Source: Candidatus Parcubacteria bacterium
Lineage (GTDB): Bacteria; Patescibacteriota; Minisyncoccia; Minisyncoccales; JAGMDC01
Assembly (NCBI GenBank): GCA_023128895.1
Contig: JAGMDC010000003.1
Span: forward strand, 70,514-134,513
DNA: 64,000 nt
Reading direction: 5' to 3'
A program made the translations under genes and the position numbers. Under the pieces are notes generated by a model. The model saw only the letters and a program-made list of their open reading frames with translations. It was not told the origin of the DNA and made no database searches. Shown here in pieces: positions 60,699-64,000 of the stretch (position 1 is the stretch's first letter; each line of letters begins with the position of its first letter).

Positions 60699-60878
60699 TT
60701 ACTTTTTGCTCGGAAGAATTTTAAACATCTTTGTCCCGCATTCAGGGCAAATTCCTGTCATTGCTCTTCTCTTTGTTCCGCCTTTGCCTTTCATAGTAAT
60801 TTCCTTCGGATCATTCATAGTTCTTTTTTCTTTACATTTTACGCAATAAGCGATATTTTCAGTTTTTTCTTCAGCCAT
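60699..60878 (-). CDS. 59-aa zinc-ribbon protein (CVKCKEK...CPECGTKMF), not in the supplied ORF track
   Basis: Hand translation: MAEEKTENIAYCVKCKEKRTMNDPKEITMKGKGGTKRRAMTGICPECGTKMFKILPSKK. Confidence 0.55.
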   Translation of the reverse strand: MAEEKTENIAYCVKCKEKRTMNDPKEITMKGKGGTKRRAMTGICPECGTKMFKILPSKK

Positions 60879-61023
60879 AATATTAAATAATTAATAATTA
60901 ATAATTCTCCGACCTTTACCCTGTTAAATAATTTCGCCTTTGGCGAAATTGCCGCAAAGCGGCATTTAACGGGGTGAACTTTTCTACAACTTTATTTTAC
61001 CTTAAATCAAGTAAAAAAGATAG

Positions 61024-62415
61024 TCAACCCCTATCATTGCGAAATTTATTCTGGAAAAAATCTTTGAGGTCTTTGACTTTTATTCTTTGCTGCTTCATTG
61101 TAATGCGGTCACGGACTGTTAAATCATCATTTTCCAATGTTTCAAAATCTATTGTCAGGCAGAAAGGCGTGCCAATTTCGTCCTGGCGGCGGTAGCGGCG
61201 GCCTATTGAGCCAACCTCGTCATACTGGCAAACAAACTTAAATTTTAACAACTGATATACTTCTTTTGCTTTTTTTACCAAATCCGGCTTGTTTTTTACT
61301 AATGGAAAAACAGCGATTTTCACAGGCGACAAGCGCTTATCCAAGTTTAGAACCGCCTCAACCTCTTTCACTGATTTGGTTGTTTCTGTTCTTCCGCCTT
61401 TTATCTCGGAATACGCCTCGCATAGAAACGCCAAAGCGCTTCTTCCTACTCCAACAGATGTTTCAATAACATAAGGCGTATATTTCTCTTTTGTGTCAGG
61501 GTTAAAATACTTTAATTCCTCTTTGCTGTGTTTGGTATGATTAGATAAATCATAATCTCCCCTATTATGGACTCCTTCTATTTCCTTCCATCCAAAGGGA
61601 AACTTGTATTCAATGTCAATTTGCCTCTTAGCGTAATGCGCTCTGTCCTTTCTTGGTATTTCTATGGCGCGCAGGTTTTCTTTTTTAATCCCTAAATCAA
61701 TATACCAGTTCATTCGCTGTTCTTTCCAATATTCAAACCAGTCATCCGGAGTTTTCGCGTCTTTCGGATTACCCGCCCGCATCGCTACGCTTCGCTTGCG
61801 AAGCGTTGCGGGCGGGGAGAACCATTGCATTTCCATTTGCTCAAACTCGCGCACGCGAAAAATAAAATTTCCCGGAGTTATCTCGTTTCTAAACGCTTTG
61901 CCAATTTGCGCGATTCCGAAAGGCGGCTTCAGGCGCATGGAATTCATCACATTCAAAAAATTTACATAAATCCCCTGACAGGTTTCAGGCCTTAAATACG
62001 CAATAGAACTGTCATCTTCAACAGGCCCAACAAATGTTTTCATCATCAAATTAAATTTTTTCGGCTTTGTGAGCCCGCCGCCGCACTCCGGACAAATATT
62101 TTTTTGAAGTTCATCCAGCTTAAATCGCTTGTGGCATTTCCTGCACTCAACTAATTCATCGGCAAACCCGGCTGTAAGATGGCCTGACGCCTGCCATACT
62201 TTTGGCGACATTAAAATACTCGCGTCTATCCCAACAATATTATCCTGTTTTTTTGTCATTTCATCCCACCAGAGTTGTTTAATATTTCTTTTCATCTCCG
62301 CGCCCAACGGCCCAAAATCATAACAACTGCCAAAACCGCCGTATATCTCTGACGACAAAAAAACAAATCCGCGGCGTTTGCACAAAGATATAATTTTATC
62401 CATTAAATTAATCAT
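61024..62415 (-). CDS. glyQS: glycyl-tRNA synthetase (alpha2 type) with an in-frame palindromic-element insertion
   Basis: Class II motifs; FRNEITPGNFIFRVREFEQMEMQWF. Confidence 0.9.
   Translation of the reverse strand: MINLMDKIISLCKRRGFVFLSSEIYGGFGSCYDFGPLGAEMKRNIKQLWWDEMTKKQDNIVGIDASILMSPKVWQASGHLTAGFADELVECRKCHKRFKLDELQKNICPECGGGLTKPKKFNLMMKTFVGPVEDDSSIAYLRPETCQGIYVNFLNVMNSMRLKPPFGIAQIGKAFRNEITPGNFIFRVREFEQMEMQWFSPPATLRKRSVAMRAGNPKDAKTPDDWFEYWKEQRMNWYIDLGIKKENLRAIEIPRKDRAHYAKRQIDIEYKFPFGWKEIEGVHNRGDYDLSNHTKHSKEELKYFNPDTKEKYTPYVIETSVGVGRSALAFLCEAYSEIKGGRTETTKSVKEVEAVLNLDKRLSPVKIAVFPLVKNKPDLVKKAKEVYQLLKFKFVCQYDEVGSIGRRYRRQDEIGTPFCLTIDFETLENDDLTVRDRITMKQQRIKVKDLKDFFQNKFRNDRG
61772..61817. 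repeat. GC-rich palindromic element CCCGCCCGCATCGCTACGCTTCGC-TTGC-GAAGCGTTGCGGGCGGGG inside glyQS (encodes ..SPPATLRKRSVAMRAGNP..)
   Basis: Related in sequence to the cassette-tail core at 54464-54502. Confidence 0.8.
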
Positions 62416-63992
62416 TGGACTATTCCCTGCTCCTCGCTCACAGATTGGTCGTCAGGTAGAGTAGTATTAACAGCAGGGCTCTTAATAGACAGAAGCTGTT
62501 CTGTCCAGATATCTTCGCCAATTATTTCCGCTTCGCTGATAATATCAGGAATACTGCCTCTCTGGGCTTCATCAGGCGTAAAAGCAACCTGGAAAGCAAT
62601 ATTAGGCGTAGAAGTCGCATTCAACGACGCTTCATCTGTAAACAAATCCCCAACATCCCAAACAATTTCCCTGGACACAGAATCAAACGCAAATTTTTCT
62701 TTTTGCTCCTCCGGGAAAATCTCGCCCGTGAGTTCAGATTGCGGCGGCAAAATCGCTTTCACTTTCACATTTTCAATATCATTATAATAATCCCCTACCT
62801 GCCACATAATAGTATAAGTATTTCTTTCTCCGGCCCTTGGCGGTACGGGTCCGGAATTCCCGAAAATTTCGTCCTGAAAATATCCTTTTTGCGCAAACTC
62901 CAGAACAGTGTTTATTTTTGTTGCAAATTCCTGGCGCGCCTGGCTCAAAATAATTTTGTCTTTTACCACAAGATTTCTGTCCTCCCCGGTAATATCCCAT
63001 CTTTCTTTTAATTCTATCCAAAATTCCACTATTCCTTCTTCTTGCGCGTCTAAAAATTTAAGTTTTGGCACTCTGCGCGAATCAAAAATTATGGAATTGT
63101 CTCCTGTTTCAAAACTGCCTGTATTAGACCTCAATGTTTGAAAATCATAAGCATGACCCTGCAGTTTTACAACTAAAAACAAATCCGTGAGTAAATCCTG
63201 TCCTATATTTTTGAAAAAAATCTCATAATGAAGCAAACTGCCCGGGTCGGCAATATACTCTGGATTTCCGTTTATCTGCTGTGATATGAACAACGACGGT
63301 TCAACTATTTCTATGCTCTGGAATATCTGCTTTAGCAAAACAAACTCTCCATTCTGCCAAATGCCCAATTCCGCTTGCAAAAGTTTCCGCTCGTTCGGTT
63401 CCCCGAATACTTCGCCAAAAACCTCAATTTTGCCTCCCTGAGCTTTGCTCAAAACCCCGATATCCCACTCTGTTTTTTCTATTGCTTTTGGCTTGCTGGA
63501 TATAAACTCAAAACCAGAAGGATATATTATTTTTACCCTTAATCCGGAAATCGGATAGTCAATATTTGAAAAATAATTCAAACGAAATTTGCTTTGTTTT
63601 CCTGCTTCGGTTTTGGAAGGAAAATCAAATTCAAAAGTCAGAGGAACTTTTTCTATTATTGTAGTAAAACTTGTCGTTGATTCATATTTCGCCTGTAAAT
63701 TTTTAGGAACATAACTTAACCATGCCTTGGCTATTTTTGCGTCGCCATCTTTGCCCAATAATCTTGCTTTAAATTTGAAAGTTCTTTCTTCACCGGGATA
63801 AATTGCTTCCCCTAAATCTTCTGAATGTAAAATTTCTCTTAACAAACCATTTTCAACAATGGAATTTTCTGGATATTCAAAAATCAATTCTGGATTCTCT
63901 ACTCTAACATTTCCGTTATTTTTATATTTAACAATATATTCCACTTCCTGGGCCAAATCCGCGCTTTCCATACCTAAAATTTCCAGCTTCAC
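62412..63992 (-). CDS. large hypothetical protein (possibly extends beyond the window end)
   Basis: ORF; first Met 8 nt from the window edge. Confidence 0.5.
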   Translation of the reverse strand: MKLEILGMESADLAQEVEYIVKYKNNGNVRVENPELIFEYPENSIVENGLLREILHSEDLGEAIYPGEERTFKFKARLLGKDGDAKIAKAWLSYVPKNLQAKYESTTSFTTIIEKVPLTFEFDFPSKTEAGKQSKFRLNYFSNIDYPISGLRVKIIYPSGFEFISSKPKAIEKTEWDIGVLSKAQGGKIEVFGEVFGEPNERKLLQAELGIWQNGEFVLLKQIFQSIEIVEPSLFISQQINGNPEYIADPGSLLHYEIFFKNIGQDLLTDLFLVVKLQGHAYDFQTLRSNTGSFETGDNSIIFDSRRVPKLKFLDAQEEGIVEFWIELKERWDITGEDRNLVVKDKIILSQARQEFATKINTVLEFAQKGYFQDEIFGNSGPVPPRAGERNTYTIMWQVGDYYNDIENVKVKAILPPQSELTGEIFPEEQKEKFAFDSVSREIVWDVGDLFTDEASLNATSTPNIAFQVAFTPDEAQRGSIPDIISEAEIIGEDIWTEQLLSIKSPAVNTTLPDDQSVSEEQGIVQ

Positions 63993-64000
63993 GCTTTCTT

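Overview
This is a low-GC bacterial window of about 64 kb in which almost every gene lies on the minus strand. The gene content and gene sizes look CPR/Patescibacteria-like, but that is an inference from compact ribosomal proteins, the absence of rpmD between rpsE and rplO, gatCA, two mreB paralogues and many tiny genes.

The core is a large ribosomal-protein superoperon (rpsL-rpsG-fusA-tuf, then rpsJ through rplO, then secY-adk-map), plus dnaK-dnaJ, ppsA, galT, murA, proS, glyQS, gatCA, frr, holB, rseP and a membrane-anchored double-AAA+ Clp-like ATPase. The tRNA locus carries tRNA-Asp, an elongator-type tRNA(CAU), and a second tRNA(CAU) split by a roughly 209-nt group I intron with recognisable P/Q/R/S cores. 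There is also tRNA-Val.

On top of this ordinary backbone sits an unusual load of repeated, structured non-coding elements:
- Three copies of a ~170-nt multi-helix element, each placed 10-25 nt upstream of a start codon (dnaJ, adk, rplR), with compensatory base changes between copies.
- A GC-rich CGCTTCGC palindromic element family found both between genes and in frame inside glyQS.
- A CCTGCC-N-GGCAGG hairpin upstream of tuf and rpsH that is also tandemly inserted in frame in rplR (adding LPTEQAG twice).
- A 22-nt motif just upstream of two start codons.
- Duplicated promoter-plus-leader-hairpin modules.
- Heptamer (TTCTAWA) tandem repeats at gene junctions.

The most system-like feature is a tandemly duplicated, self-contained cassette inserted just upstream of rpsL. 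Each copy has a strong sigma70-like promoter with a palindromic operator, a small coiled-coil protein of 62-63 aa translationally coupled to a 287-aa protein (conserved N-terminal half, divergent C-terminal half), and a conserved ~165-bp 3' tail. It looks like a candidate toxin-antitoxin or defence-like module with no family I can recognise.

Other notable items are a tandem triplication of promoter-gene-terminator units downstream of map, an antisense small membrane-protein gene with a textbook promoter and SD inside the rplR-rpsE gap, and an AT-rich segment encoding a HEPN-like (Rx5H) protein next to a secreted beta-helix protein.
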